A stretch of DNA of 64,000 bases, taken from Mobula hypostoma. Taxonomy: Eukaryota. The position numbers and the translations under genes were made by a program. The stretch covers positions 30,878,001 to 30,942,000 of the forward strand of contig NC_086097.1 of NCBI RefSeq assembly GCF_963921235.1. The letters are read 5' to 3'. Below are positions 37,259-50,448 of the stretch, one piece after another. The notes beneath the pieces were generated by a model, which saw only the letters and a list, made by a program, of their open reading frames with translations, was not told where the DNA came from and did no database searches. The first letter of the stretch is position 1, and the number at the start of each line of letters is the position of its first letter.

Positions 37259-38234
37259 AAAAATGACTGGGCCTTCATCTTTTTGACCCAATGTGTAGAC
37301 AGACTAGCAAAGGAAGGAACATTACTGGACCTTATCTTGGAGAATATAGCTGGTCATATTGGGGAGAAGGCCATTGGGGGAGCATTTTGAAGATAGTGAG
37401 TGCAACTCTGAGTAGAGTAAAACTCCAATAATCCAGCAGGTTTGGACTTTGGTGTCAAACTGACTGGTTTTTTCTACTATCAGATGTAGTTTGTATTAAC
37501 ATCCAGCACATGTTTAGTTCACATTTTTTTAGATTTGCATTGCATTGTAATTATCTGTGAGACAGAGGCTTGATGTCTGTGCCAGGGACTGGAGGATGGA
37601 GACCTGCAGGTGACCTGTCCTGCAGGTGGAGGACAGAGACAGAGACAGTTTTACTGTTGTTGTCATGCTGAACAGTGTAGCCACGCTATGTTGGCGACAC
37701 TTGGCGGGCTGCCCCTAGCACATTCTTTGGTTGTGTTGCTTGCTAAAGCAAACACATTTCACTGTATGTTTTGATGTAAAGTACATGTGATAAATAAATG
37801 AGTCTAAAGTGATTGTGGCAGAGGATAGGAGTGGGCCAATTACATAGGACAAGACCTGGCAAGGGAAACCTGGGAGCATCTGAGCATATAAACCTATGTC
37901 TGCACAGTGGAAAGCATTCAAAGGAAGGACAGTGAGAGTTCAGGGCCTGCATGCTCCATAGGGAACCCCAGATGTCAAAAGAGATTGAGGTGTGGATAAA
38001 GAGAGGAAAAAAATGGAATCATTTGGCAGGTGTAAGGAACTAATCATAAGGGGGAAGGGCTATAAAGTGTGGGGAGGCAACTAAAGTGGAAATTAGGATA
38101 GGAAGGGAGGGATCACAAAATATCACACAGACAGGAATAAGGTAAATGGAAATGTGTTTCTGAAGCACATTAAATGCAAAAGGATAATCAGGGAAAGATT
38201 AGAGTCCATTGGGGATAATCACAATCTGATCTAC

Positions 38235-38330
38235 ACATACAAAATACTGGAAGAACTCAGCTGGTCCGGCAGCATCTATGGAGGGGAATAAATAGCCAGC
38301 GTTTCGAGCCAAGACCCTTCATCAGGACTA
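38235..38330 (-). mobile_element. Penelope-derived short repeat with hammerhead-like motif
   Basis: Minus strand reads tagtc-CTGATGA-agggtcttggctc-GAAA-cgct-ggcta. Confidence 0.75.
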
Positions 38331-38774
38331 ATCAAATTTATTAGCACTGATTTACATAGCATGAAAATAGTTGTTTTGCAGCAGCAGTACAGTCCCAAGA
38401 CTTAAATTACTATAAATTACAGAAGTAAATAATGTAAAAAAGTAATAACAAGGTCGTGTTTATGACCATTCAGAAATCTGATGGTGGAGAGGACGAAGTT
38501 GTTCCTAGGTCAATGCACCCAAAGTACCGGAGGAACTCAGCGGGTCAGGCAGAATCGGAAATCGTTTAGTGTGGGCCTTCAGACTCATGTACCACCCCAG
38601 TTCAATGGCAGTCATTAGAAGAGGGCATGTCCTCGATGGTGAGAGTCACCACCTCGTGAAGATGTCCTCAGTGGTGGTGAGGGTGGTACCGGTAATGGAG
38701 CTGGCTGAGTCTACAGCCCTCAGCTGCTCTAGGGCATTGGAGCCTCCTTACCAGACTATGATGCAACAGTCAGA

Positions 38775-39270
38775 AGAGATAGATACTTTATTGACCCCAA
38801 AGAAAATTACAGTGTCACAGTAGCATTACAAGTGCACAGGTATACAAATATTAGAAGAGAAGAAAGAAAGAATAAAAAAAAAAGTTACCTCCAACAGGAG
38901 TGGGGTCATCACTTCCCCGACTATACGTTGACTCATTATAGAGCCTAATGGCCGAGGGTAAGAATGACCTCCTATAGCGCTCTTTGGAGCAGCGCAGTTG
39001 TCTTAGCCTATTACTAAAAGTGCTCCTCTGTTCAGCCAAGGTGGCATGCAGAGGGTGAGAAACATTGTTCAGAATGGCCAGGATTTTCTGTCGGGTCTTT
39101 TGTTCCACCACAGTCTCCAGTGTGTCCAGTTTGACTCCTATAACAGAGCCAGCCTTTCTAATCAGTTTTTTGAGCCTGTTGGCATCACCCATGTTGATAC
39201 CATTGCCCCTGCACACCACCACATAGAAGATGGTATTGGCGACAACAAAGTGACAGAACATGTGAAGGAA
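38775..39270 (-). mobile_element. Rex1-type LINE 3' fragment
   Basis: ORF 38851-39261 (LKKLIRKAGSVIG, SHPLHATL, RSFLPSAIRLYN). Confidence 0.85.
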
Positions 39271-39434
39271 AGGGGAAGGTGAAATTCAAGTGTATTTCTC
39301 TGGAGAAACAAGTACCTTGATGCTTTAGCCAGATTAAAGATGGATAAATCTCCAGGACTGGAGGGGATTTATCCAGGCTGCTAAAGGGTGGCCAAGGGAA
39401 GTCAAAGTAAAGATTTGTTATCCAAGTACATATA

Positions 39435-41617
39435 CAGTGCCTATAAAAGTATTCACCGCCCCCCCCCAGAAGTTTTACAACATTGAATCACAATGGATTT
39501 AATCTGGCTTTACACTCAAAAACTTCTATAGTTGTACTGCGGAGAGCATTCTGACAGGCTGCATCACTGTCTGGTATGGAGGGGCTACTGCACAGGACCG
39601 AAAGAAGCTGCAGAAGGTTGTAAATCTAGTCAACTCCATCTTGGGCACTAGCCTACAAAGTACTCAGGACATCTTCAGGGAGCGGTGTCCCAGAAAGGCA
39701 GCATCCATTATTAAGGACCTCCAGCACCCAGGGCATGCCCTTTTCTCACTGTTACATCAGGCAGGAGGTACAGAAGCCTGAAGGCACACACTCAGTGATT
39801 CAGGAACAGCTTCTTCCCCTCTGCCATCTGGTTCCTAAATGGACATTGAAGCTTCAGACACGACCTCGCTTTATTTTTAAATATATAGGACTTCAGTTTT
39901 GCACATTTAAAAACAATCTATTCAATATACATAATTGATTTACTTGTTTATTTATTATTATGTTTTATTTTTTTCCTCTCCCTCTGCTAGATTATGTATT
40001 GCATTGAACTGCTGCTGCTAAGTTAACAAATTTCACATCACATGCCGGTGATAATAAGCCTGATTCTGACTTTTTGATGCTGATCAACAGAAAAGACTCT
40101 TTCATGTCAAAGTGAAAACAAATTTCTACAAATTGGTCTAAATTTATTGTGATTATTAAACACATAATTGTTTGCATAATTACTCACCCTTTTAAGTCAG
40201 TATTTAGTAGATACACCTTTGGCAGCATTTACAGAGTCTGTGTGAACAGGTCTCTATCAGCTTTGCACATCTGGACACTGCAATTTTCCCCTATTCTTCT
40301 TTACAGAACTGTTCAAGCTCTGTCAGATTGCATGGGGATCGTGAGTGAACAGCCCCTTTCAAGTCCAGCCACAAATTCTCAACTGGACTGAGGTCTGGAC
40401 TCTGACTTGGCCACACTAGGATATTAACTTTATTGTTCTTAAACGATTCCTGTGTAGCTTTGGCTTTATGCTTGGGGTCATTGTCTTGCTGAAAATAGAC
40501 CTTCCCCTAAGTCACAGTTCGCTTGCAAACTGCATTAGGTTTTCCTCCAGGATTTCCCTGTATTTTTGCTACATTCATTTTACCCTCCATCTTCACAAGT
40601 CTTCCAGGGCCAGCTGCAGTGAAGCATCCTCACAGCATGATGCAGCCACCACCATGTTTCACAGTAGGGAAGGTGTGTTTTAGATAATGTGCAGTGTTTG
40701 TCTTATGCCAAACATAGCGTTTAGTCTGATGGCCAAAAAGCTCAATTTTGGTTTCATCAGACCACAAAACCTTCTTCCAGCTGACTTCAGAGTCTCCCAC
40801 ATGCCTTCTGACAAACTCTAGCCAAGATTTCATGTGATTTTTTTTCAACAATGGCTTTCTCTTTGCCACTCTCCCATAAAGTTGTGACTGGTGAAGCACC
40901 CAGGCAACAGTTGTTGTGTGCACAGTCTCTCCCATCTCAGCCACTGAAGCTTGTGACTCCTCCAGACCTGTCATAGGTCTCCTGGTGGCCTCCCTCACTA
41001 GTCCCCTTCTTGCACGGTCACTCAGTTTTTGAGGATGGCCTGCTCTACGCAGATTTACAGCTGTTACCATATTTTTTGCATTTCTTGATAATTGACTTAA
41101 CCACACTCCAAAGGATATTCAGTGACCTGGAAATTTTCTAGTATCCATCTCCTGGCCTGTGCTTTTTAATAACCTTTCCATAGAGTTGCTTGGAGTGTTC
41201 TTTTGTCTTCACAGTGTAGTTTTTGCCAGGATACTGACTCGCCAGTAGTTGGACCTTCCAGACACAGCTGTATCTTTACTATAATCAGTTGAAGCACCTT
41301 GACTGCACACAAGTGATCTCTATTTAACTAATTATGTGACCTCTTAAACCAATTGGCTGCACCAGAGATGATTTGGTTTGTCATATTAAGGGAGGGTAAA
41401 TACTTATGCAATCAATTATTTTTGTGTTCTATATTTGTAATTAATTTAGCTCACTTTGTCAAGATCTCTTTTCACTTTGACACAAAAGAGTCTTTTTCTG
41501 TTGATCAGTGTCATAAAAGCCAAATTAAATCCACTGTGATTCAATGTTGTAAAATAATAAAACATGAAAACTTCCAGGTGGCGGCGGGGGGGGGGGGAAT
41601 ACTTTTTAAGGGAACTG
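39435..41617 (-). mobile_element. Tc1-like DNA transposon with decayed DDE transposase; contains a Rex-type insert at about 39510-40070
   Basis: TA-cagtgcctataaaagtattcac left TIR and gaatactttttaagggaactg-TA right TIR. Transposase frames WKKVLWSDETKIELFG, KHGGGCIML, QQDNDPKH and WPSQSPDLSPVENLW. Confidence 0.9.
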
Positions 41618-41694
41618 TAAAAGCAAGAAGATAAAACTGAGGCTTTATAACACACCAGTCAGGCCGCATTTGGACTATTGTCAACAGTATGTGC

Positions 41695-44600
41695 TATCTT
41701 TCCCATCTCAGCCACTGAAGCTTGAAACTCCTCCAGAATTGTCATAGGTCTCCTGGTGGCCTCCCTCACTAGTCCCCTTCTAGCCTGGTCATTCAGTTTT
41801 GAGGACGGCCTGCTCTAGGCAGATTTACAGCGTGCCATATTCTTTCCTTTTCTTGATGATTGACTTAACTGTACTCCAAGGGATATTCAGTGACTTGGAA
41901 ATTTTCTTATATCCGTCTCCTGACTTGTGCTTTTCACTGAGTTTCTTGGAGTGTTCTTTTGTCTTCAAGGTGTAGTTTTTGCCAGGATACTGGCTCAACA
42001 GCAGTTGGACCTTCTTCTTCTTCTTGTGTTGTTTTATGGCGGTTGGCAAACCAGCTTTAAGGTGCATTACAGCCACCTGCTAGACTGGAGTGTGGATCGT
42101 TGGATAAACAGGAGAAGGGAAAAGAATTGCATTCCTATATTCTGAATAATAAACCAGAGTCTTTCAGATACTTCATGATATAGGTTTGTATTTCCCTTGA
42201 AATCCCAATTAAAGTATCTTCTATACCCACAGCAGTTTATCTTAAGCGCTCCTATCATCTTCACTGTTTCTCGTTGGTACTTCTTACTTTTTAACAATAC
42301 CTGTTCAACTGTTTCTGTTGATTACACTGTTCACACAACCCAGTTGGATGTTTCCCTATTTTATGTGATGTGTAATTAAGACTTGTGTGTCCAATTCTTA
42401 AACAATTGATGATCACTTCTGTCTTTCTATGTCCACTTGACAATCTTTTATATCTGACTTGCCTCTGTATTTTGTACAGTTGACTCCTTGTTTCACTCTC
42501 ATCCCAATGTTTCTGCCATGTCTCCTCAATACACGTTTTAATAATGCTCTTGACTTCCACTTTGCTTAGAGGGATCTGGACCTCTATTATAGACAATTTG
42601 AGTGATCGTTTAGCTATACTGTCCACCTTTTCATTGCCCTCCACTCCACAATGAGCAGGAACCCAAAGAAAGCTTACTTCTACCCCATTTTTGGTCAATG
42701 TATATAACTTGCATAGAATCTCCAATAAAATATCCTGTCTACTTTCTGATTTTCTTGATTTGATAAAGGTTAATGCAGACAAACTGTCTGAACAGGTTAC
42801 AGCCTTTTTGACATTATTTTCTTCTATCCAAGCTAATGCACACAAAATTGCCATTAATTCTGTTGTATACACTGATAAATGGTTTGATGTTCTTTTCTTG
42901 ATACTAGTTTTGCGCTGAGGAATGTAGTTTGCAATACCTGTGTGGCCAGAGCTAGGGTCTTTTGATCCATTCGTAAATATTACAAGTTCGTTTCTAAAGT
43001 ACAGATCTATATATTCTTGTACTATCAGTTTGATTCCATAGTTAGACTTCTTTTTTAAAAGTTGTTGCAGGTTTTTATCCACTGTATGCATTGTAAAGAG
43101 CCATGGAGGAACATCAGATATTGGAACTGTAGGGCTATATTCCATTTTCGTGTAGACCTTATTTTTGTGCTGCTCCATAACCGATCCATCCAAAGCTATT
43201 ATAACTTGACTTATTATGTTCCCAGCAGTCTTTTAATATAGCTTTAGCTGGATGTGAGTAATTATGCCCCATGATGTTAACCCAATAATGTAGCATTGGC
43301 TTTATTCTTCTAAGTCTTAATGGTATTTCCCCCATTTTGACTTGAAGAGCTGATATAGGTGATGTTCTGAATGCACCACTACATATCCTGAGGGCCTGAG
43401 CTTGCTGAACATCCAGCATTTTTAAATTACTGTCTGCAGCTGACATGTAAGCTACACTTCCATCATCCAATGTAGCCCTCATTAGAGCTTGATAAATATT
43501 TAATAGCGATATCCTGCTCGCACCCCAGTCCTGTGCAGCAAGGCCCCTCAATAAGTTGTTTTTTTTACATTTGTTTGTAATTTTCTCAATTTGCTTTTTC
43601 CATGTAAGTTTCTCATCAACTAACAAACCAAGGAACCGAATTACTTTTACCTGCTCTAATTTTTGTTCATATAATTTCACGGAAACTGGTTTGTGATTTC
43701 TTAAGAAACATATCACTTGCGACTTATAGACAATTTGAAACTCCATTTATTTGCCCACTCCTCCACTTTATTTATTGCATCTTGCATTTTCCTTTGTGTA
43801 TAAATTATTTTTCCCCTCACCCATAAAGCCCCATCATCTGCATGTAAGGATTTCCTCACACTATGTTCAGCTTGCACAAATATGTCATTTACCACTATGG
43901 AAAATAGTAATGGACTGCAGACACTACCTTGTGGTGTTCTGTTTTCAACCAAATATGTCCTGGAGTACTCTGTTTCCACCTTGACTTGAATTGTTCGACC
44001 AAAAAGGAAGTCTAGAGCCTAGTTATATAATTTTCCTTCCACCCCTAATTCTTGCAATTTGATTAACACTCCCTCTTTCCAGAGCATGTCATATGCCTTT
44101 TCTATGTCAAAAAATACCGCCAGGACCCAACAAACTTTATTTGTTTGAGCCTTCCTAATTTCAGATTCCAAGCTAAGTATTGAATCTACTGTAGTTCTTC
44201 CTTTATGAAAACCGCTCTGGTAGGGAGAAATAAGACTTATTTTTTTCTAGAAAGTATGTAAGCCTATCAGTTATTATTCGTTCCATAAGTTTACCTAGCT
44301 GTGAAGTTAGTGCAATTGGTCTATAATTTGTTGGGTCTGATAAATCTTTACCAGGTTTTAATATTGGAACAATAACAGAATGTTCCCATGCAGATGGTAT
44401 TTTACCTATTTTCCATATTTTATTAAACAGTCTCTGTAGAACTAGAAGTGCACCTTTTGATAAGTGCTTCAGCATTATACCCCATACTTGATCCTTCCCA
44501 GGAGAAGTTGGCTGCGCATTCATAATAGCTCTTTCTATTTCTGTTATGCTAAAAGGTGTATCCAGCACTTCTTCAGATGTTGTTCTTTTGTCCATAATTC

Positions 44601-44997
44601 CTGAATTTTGCTTAAGCCTCTCCTCCCTTTGCTGTCTAGCCTCAGCTGTCAGCAGTTGGACCTTCCAGATAGAGGTGTATTTTTACTACAATCAGTTGAA
44701 ACACCGTGACTGCACAGGTGATCTCCATTTAACTAATTATGTGACTTCTGAAACCAATAGGCTGCACCAGTGATGATTTGGTGTGCCATGTTAAAGGGGG
44801 TGAATACTTATGCAATCAATCATTTTTTGTTTTATATTTGTAATTAATTTAGATCACATTGTAGACATCTGATTTCACTTTGACGTGAAAGAGTCTTTTT
44901 CTGTTGATCAGTGTCAAAAAAAGCCAAATTAAATCCATTGTAAAACAATAAAGCATCAAAACTTCCAAGGGGGAGTGAACACTTTTTATAGGCACTG
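41695..44997 (-). mobile_element. Second, partial copy of the same Tc1 family (transposase N-terminus and right TIR), split by a LINE
   Basis: KTKEHSKK...GYKKISKSLNIPWSTVKSIIKK. TIR gtgaacactttttataggcactg ends at 44997. Confidence 0.85.
42015..44649 (-). mobile_element. I-group (Nimb-like) LINE with RT and RNase H, 5'-truncated
   Basis: RT frames (NYRPIALTS, TPQGSVCSPLLF, HADDGALW). RNase H motifs (IFTNGSK, ELMAI, SDSLSAL, WVPAHCGVEGNEKVD). (GAA)n tail. 16-bp TSD cagcagttggaccttc at 41999-42014 and 44650-44665. Confidence 0.9.
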
Positions 44998-45011
44998 TTT
45001 GTTGTCACCTA

Positions 45012-45790
45012 CAGGTTCAGTAACCCTTATCCAAAATACTTAAGGCTGGAAGTGTTTCAGATTTTGGAATATATAATGAGAAAGCTTGGGATTGCTGTAA
45101 TTTCCAACTCTGAATTTATGTGCAACTGGTAAGCAGTCTTTGTCTCACACTTGTTGATCACACATATGTAGTTAACAGTAAAAATCATTACATACCATTA
45201 ATATAATGAAAATGTAATGTGTGCAGAGTAACCAAAGCAACACAGGAGCATTGGGACAAAATACCTGAATCAGCTGTTGAACAATCTATGATAGCACATT
45301 TTGATTAAAAGATTACAGCACACTTTATCTGTATTTTCTATATTGTAGTTTATCAGCAAATGCATTACCTTAAATTTTTTTTAATCTTTAAAAATTTAAT
45401 ACCATGCCTTTTCTTAAAATTCTGCAACCAGTCTGCTGAATATTCACCATTACCTTCACTTTTCAGCTTGTCAAGATCGATCTTTGCTTGTTTCATGATC
45501 AGTATACTGTTAAGCACCATATGTTCACTCTGACGCTGATGATACACAGTTGAGATCTTCATTTTTCACTTTATGCAGCATTTTTCTATTTGTCATTAAC
45601 ATCTGTTCACTACATGTGTGAGGTCACTTCTCAGAACTGTCTATGTTGTGCAGAGATCTGCACATTGCCTGGGAAACTACCCAGCGCCTTGTGCAATTTT
45701 CCATTTGTGACATCATGTCAGCACTCAAACAAATTTTGGATTTCAGAGGCTTTCCGATGTTGGATTTTTGGATAAGGGATAGTCAACCTG
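45012..45790 (-). mobile_element. Internally deleted Tigger (pogo-family) transposon, Tigger4/Zombi-like
   Basis: TIRs caggttcagtaacccttatccaaaa / ttttggataagggatagtcaacctg with TA on both sides. ORF 45365-45562 is a CENP-B-type HTH (LIMKQAKI...WLQNFKKRHGIKFLKI). Confidence 0.85.
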
Positions 45791-46139
45791 TACTACTTTG
45801 AGATTCATTTCTGGCAGACATTTACAGGAAAATAAAGAAACATAATTCAATTCAATTCAAGTTAAGTTGTCATTTAACCATAGATGAGTACTCACGAATA
45901 CAGCCAAACGAGACAGCGTTACTACGGGGTCAGAGTTCAAAGACATATTACCAACCGTCACACACAGAAAGCAAACACAAGATCACAATCGCGTAATAAG
46001 AGTCCCAACACCCACCTTCCTCCCCCTCCTCCGCAACGCCGTGGCTTGATGCGTACAAGTCAACAAACCCATATAAAATATCAGTAAAATAGAATGATCC
46101 AGAATGTGTGTGTATATATATCCCAGATCCCTAAGTGAT

Positions 46140-46860
46140 ACAGAACATAGAACACTACAGCACAGTACAAGCCCCTCAGCCCATGATGTTGTGCCGACCT
46201 TTTAACCTACTCTAAGATCACTCTAACCCCTCCCTTCTACATTACCGTCTATTTTTCTATCATCTATGTGTCTACCTAAGAGTTTCTTAAATGTCCCTAC
46301 CTCATATCTCTGCCCCTACCACTATCCCTGGTAGCACGTTCCACACACCCATCGCTTTCTGTGTAAACAACTTACCTCTCACTGGAATTGAGAAGAATGA
46401 GGGGTGACCTAATTGAAAGCTATCGAATGCTGAAAAGCCTCATTAAAGTGGATATGGAGAGGTCGCTTCCTGTGGTGGGAGAGTCTAGGACCAAGGACAC
46501 AACCTCAGAATCAAGGAACGACCTTTTAGAATGGAGATGAGGAGGAATTTCTTTAGCCAGAGGGTAGTGACCATCTGTGGAATTCGTTGTGATGGGTTCT
46601 GTAGAGGCCAAGTCATTGGGTATATTTAAAGCACAGGAGGAGGCAGGAGATTGGGGCTGAGAGGGAAAATGGATCAGCCATGATGGAACACCAGAGCAGA
46701 CTCGATTGGCCAAATGACCTAATTCTGCTCCTGTATCTTATGTTCTATCTATCCTATACTTTCCTCCAATCACCTTAAAATTATGCTCTGTTGTATTTGC
46801 CATTTCTGCCCTGGGAAAAAGTCTCTGGCTATTCACTCTGTCTATCTGTCTATCCTCTAT
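46140..46860. mobile_element. CR1 3' fragments (minus copy with a plus copy nested at about 46380-46745)
   Basis: Opposed CR1 tails and QRLFPRAEMANT / RMRGDLIE motifs. Confidence 0.7.
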
Positions 46861-47421
46861 CCAAACACACCAGTTATCAATGAAAACTGGTGGACACTTG
46901 AAAGTTTGGTCACCATCTCTTGTGCCTTGTGAAAGTTTCATTTCTCAAGCGTGATGGTCAGGCTTCATTGCTTATTTCTGGATGCACTGAAACTCAAAGC
47001 CCTTTCAATTTCATCCCTGACAATCAACACCATTCACGGAATAAGCCTCTACGATTTCCTTCCATGTCAAACAACACAACACAGAATTCAGTACATTGTA
47101 CCCACACGTGCTCTTTGTTCAATCATTCCAACAATCCATGCCCTTTTCCCAGACCTCTGCGTTTCTTTCTTGTTGGGTATTTAACCAACTTCCTTTTCAG
47201 GCAGCACTTTCCAGAGCACAGCAGCTCATTCATTTGCATTACAAAGACCCTCACTTTCTTTTGCCAGTTGTATTGAATCTGTGAGGACTTCATAATGACC
47301 TCAAATGAAAACACATTCTCCATATTATTTATTTACTTATTTATTTATTACTTTTTATTTGCACAGTTTGTCTTTCGGACATTGGTTGTTTGTCAGGCTT
47401 GGTTTCATTAATTCTATTGTA

Positions 47422-47915
47422 CAGTCAGTGGCCGCTTTATTAGGTACACCCGCACATTAATGCAAAATATCTAATCAGCCAATTATGAGGCAGCAACTCA
47501 ATGCATAAAAGCATGTAGGCGTGGTCAAGAGGTTCATTTGTTGTTCAGACCAAACATCAGAATGGGGAAGAAATGTGATCTAAGTGACTTTGACCATGGA
47601 ATGCTTGTTGGTGTCTGTAGAGTTTACAGAGAGTGGTGCGAGAAACGAAAGAATATCCAGTGAGCAGCAGCACCGTGGATGAAAAAGCTTTGTTGATGGG
47701 AAAGATCAGAAGAGAATGGCCTTCAAACTGACAGGAAGGCGACAGTAACTCAAATAACAGACGTTACAACAGCGGTGTACAGAAGAGCATCTCTGAATGC
47801 ACAGCACATCTAATATTGATGGGTACAGCAGCAGAACACTACAAAACGTACGTGATATAATATTATGGCCATAATATTAGGTACAGGAGGTACCAACTAA
47901 AATGGCTGCTGAGTG
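47422..47915 (+). mobile_element. Non-autonomous Tc1-like element
   Basis: TIRs cagtcagtggccgctttattaggtac / gtaccaactaaaatggctgctgagtg with TA flanks. Transposase start MGKKCDLSDFDHGMLVG. Confidence 0.85.
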
Positions 47916-48740
47916 TATTTCTTTGTTCTACTGTGAATGCCAGCAAGAAAGTAAATCTCAGTCGTACTTGGATATTAAATTAATTTTGAACTTTTGATCT
48001 TTGAGCATTTTCCTTATTTACTCGAACAGATCAATAAATTTGAACGTAACTCTTTAGATTTCTGCACCATTTATTCAGATGGGTATTGTTACTTGGACCA
48101 TAGAACAGTGCAGCTCAGGAACAGTCCCCTTGAGCTACAATATGATAGAAGAGCAGGGTTAGGCCATTCAGCCCATCTATGTCTGTGCCAAACACAAAGA
48201 CAATTTTTTAAACTTTGTTCTGCCATTTCCTTCCATTCACAGTCTGTTCATCTGTCTGTCTAATTCTGGCATTGGAAATGGTATTGGTTTAATATTGTCA
48301 CATGTACCAAGATACAGTAAAAAGCTTGCCTTGCATACTGTTCATACAGATCAATTCATTTCAGAGCACATTGAGGTAGAAGAAGATAAAACCAGAACAG
48401 AATGCAGGATAAAGTGTAATAGCTATGGTGAAAGTGCAGTAAGGTGGAAGATCATAATGGATCATAATAAGAGTCCATCTTATCATACAAGCATTCAATA
48501 ATCACACTGGTGAGGTACAGAAGAGAGAATAGCCTCTTAAACACTACTAAACACTGGTCGCAGAGATCTAAGATGCCTAGCATTTGGCCAATGCCATCTT
48601 CTCACACTTAGCGTCAGGCAAAGAGTACAGAAGCCTGAAGTCTCACACCACCAGTTTCAAGAACAGCTACCTATTTAGTTCTTGACACCCATAATCATTA
48701 CACCTTAGCAACACTATAACCACTTTGATCACTTTGCACT

Positions 48741-48850
48741 GAGAGTCTGCAGATGCGGGAAATCTTGAGCAACACACACAAAATGCTGGAGGAACTCAGC
48801 AAGTCAGGCAGCGTCTATGGAGGGGAATAAACAGTCAACGTTTTGGGCCC
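48741..48850 (-). mobile_element. Penelope-derived short repeat
   Basis: caaaatgctggaggaactcagcaagtcaggcagcgtctatgg...cagtcaacgttttgggcc. Confidence 0.75.
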
Positions 48851-50448
48851 CCTTTGTTATTTTTTTGTTCTTCTTTGAGGAAAATTGTGCTTAATTTATT
48901 TTTAAGTTATGTTTTTGACGTGAATGCTGCTGCAAGTAAGTTTTTCATTGCAATTGTGCATACACAGACTTGTGCAAATGACAATAAACTCCATTTTAAC
49001 TTTGACTATTGTATCAATTTCCACCAGCTCCCCTGGCAGCCCATTCCAAACACCCACCACTCTCTGTGCAAAACAAAACCTTGCTCCACACTTCCACTTT
49101 ATGCTTCCCTTTCTCACCTTAGAATATAGAATTTAAAATCTAATTTATTATCATTGACTTATATTCATGAAATTTCTTGTTTGGTGGTAGTACAGTGTAA
49201 TACCTTAAATGTATGTCCTCTGGTATTTGACATTTTAAAAAATACCTTTTTTTCGCAGGCCTTTCCAATCCAATGTTCCCAATTACACCCATGTTTCCAA
49301 TTCACCTACTAACACATATGTCTTTGGAATGTGGGAAAACAATGGAGAAACCGGGAGAGATCCATGTAGTCACAGGGAGAACTAGAGCAATGATGAGTGA
49401 CAATGAACAATCCCGAATCTTGAAAATATAACTTCTCGTAGATTCTATTTTATTTCTTTATTTTCTTGTGAATGCCTGCAAGAAAGTGAATTTCAAGGTA
49501 TGTAGTAACATACACATACATTGATAATAAATTTGACTGATTTTGACTTTCCGTTTCTTAGCCAGCAGGATTGGATGAGGGGAAGTTGGGAGTTAAGTTG
49601 CAGGTCAGGGAGAAGGAGTTCGAGGTGCCAAACGGCTGGGCACTCAATGGAGCGGTGGAGTAACCCGCGGCAATTGTTCAGCAAAGGAATCACTCATCCA
49701 GATGGGAAAACAGAGGATAGGAAACTAGGTTGTTTTAAGCACACACCTCCTCGTCCAGGAAGCATGCTGGTACTTTATACGACTATCAGTGTTGTGGCAC
49801 ATTTCATCCTGGGTGCAATTTATCAGTGCCACAGCTGCAGAAATCTTTCACTAAAGCCTTTCAGGGTTGCAAGTGCTTTCACAATAACATATTGTTCTGT
49901 GCTAAAATGTTTATTTAGAAGTAAATCAATTGTATAAAGTCATTTCCGGCTCTTATGCACAGTTTAGCTTTGGACAGGATGCTGCGGGCAGGAGATTAGA
50001 AAGGGGGTTTCAGTAATGGAATAGTTTGTCACCAATAGGCTATGTTACAGCAAGTTCAATGTTCAAATTACATTTATTAAGTACTTCACAGTCTACCCTG
50101 TCTAAGCCTCACAGTATTTTATAAAACCCTGTCAGGTAAATTTATTAACAAAGTATGTATGCATATATTACCATATACCACTTTGAGATTCATTTTCTTG
50201 CAGACATTTACAGGAAATAACAAAATACAATATAATTTATTTAAAACTATACACAAACAAAGACTGACAAAGAGCAAATGTGCAAAAGAAGACAAATTGT
50301 GCAATATTTTAAAAAAGTAATACTGAGAGCATGAGTTGTAAAGGGTCATTGAAAGTGAGTCTGTAGATTGCAGAATCAGTTCAGCATTGCGGTGAGCAAA
50401 GTTATCCACACCGGTTCAAAGGAGCCTGATGGGTGTTGGGTAATCATA

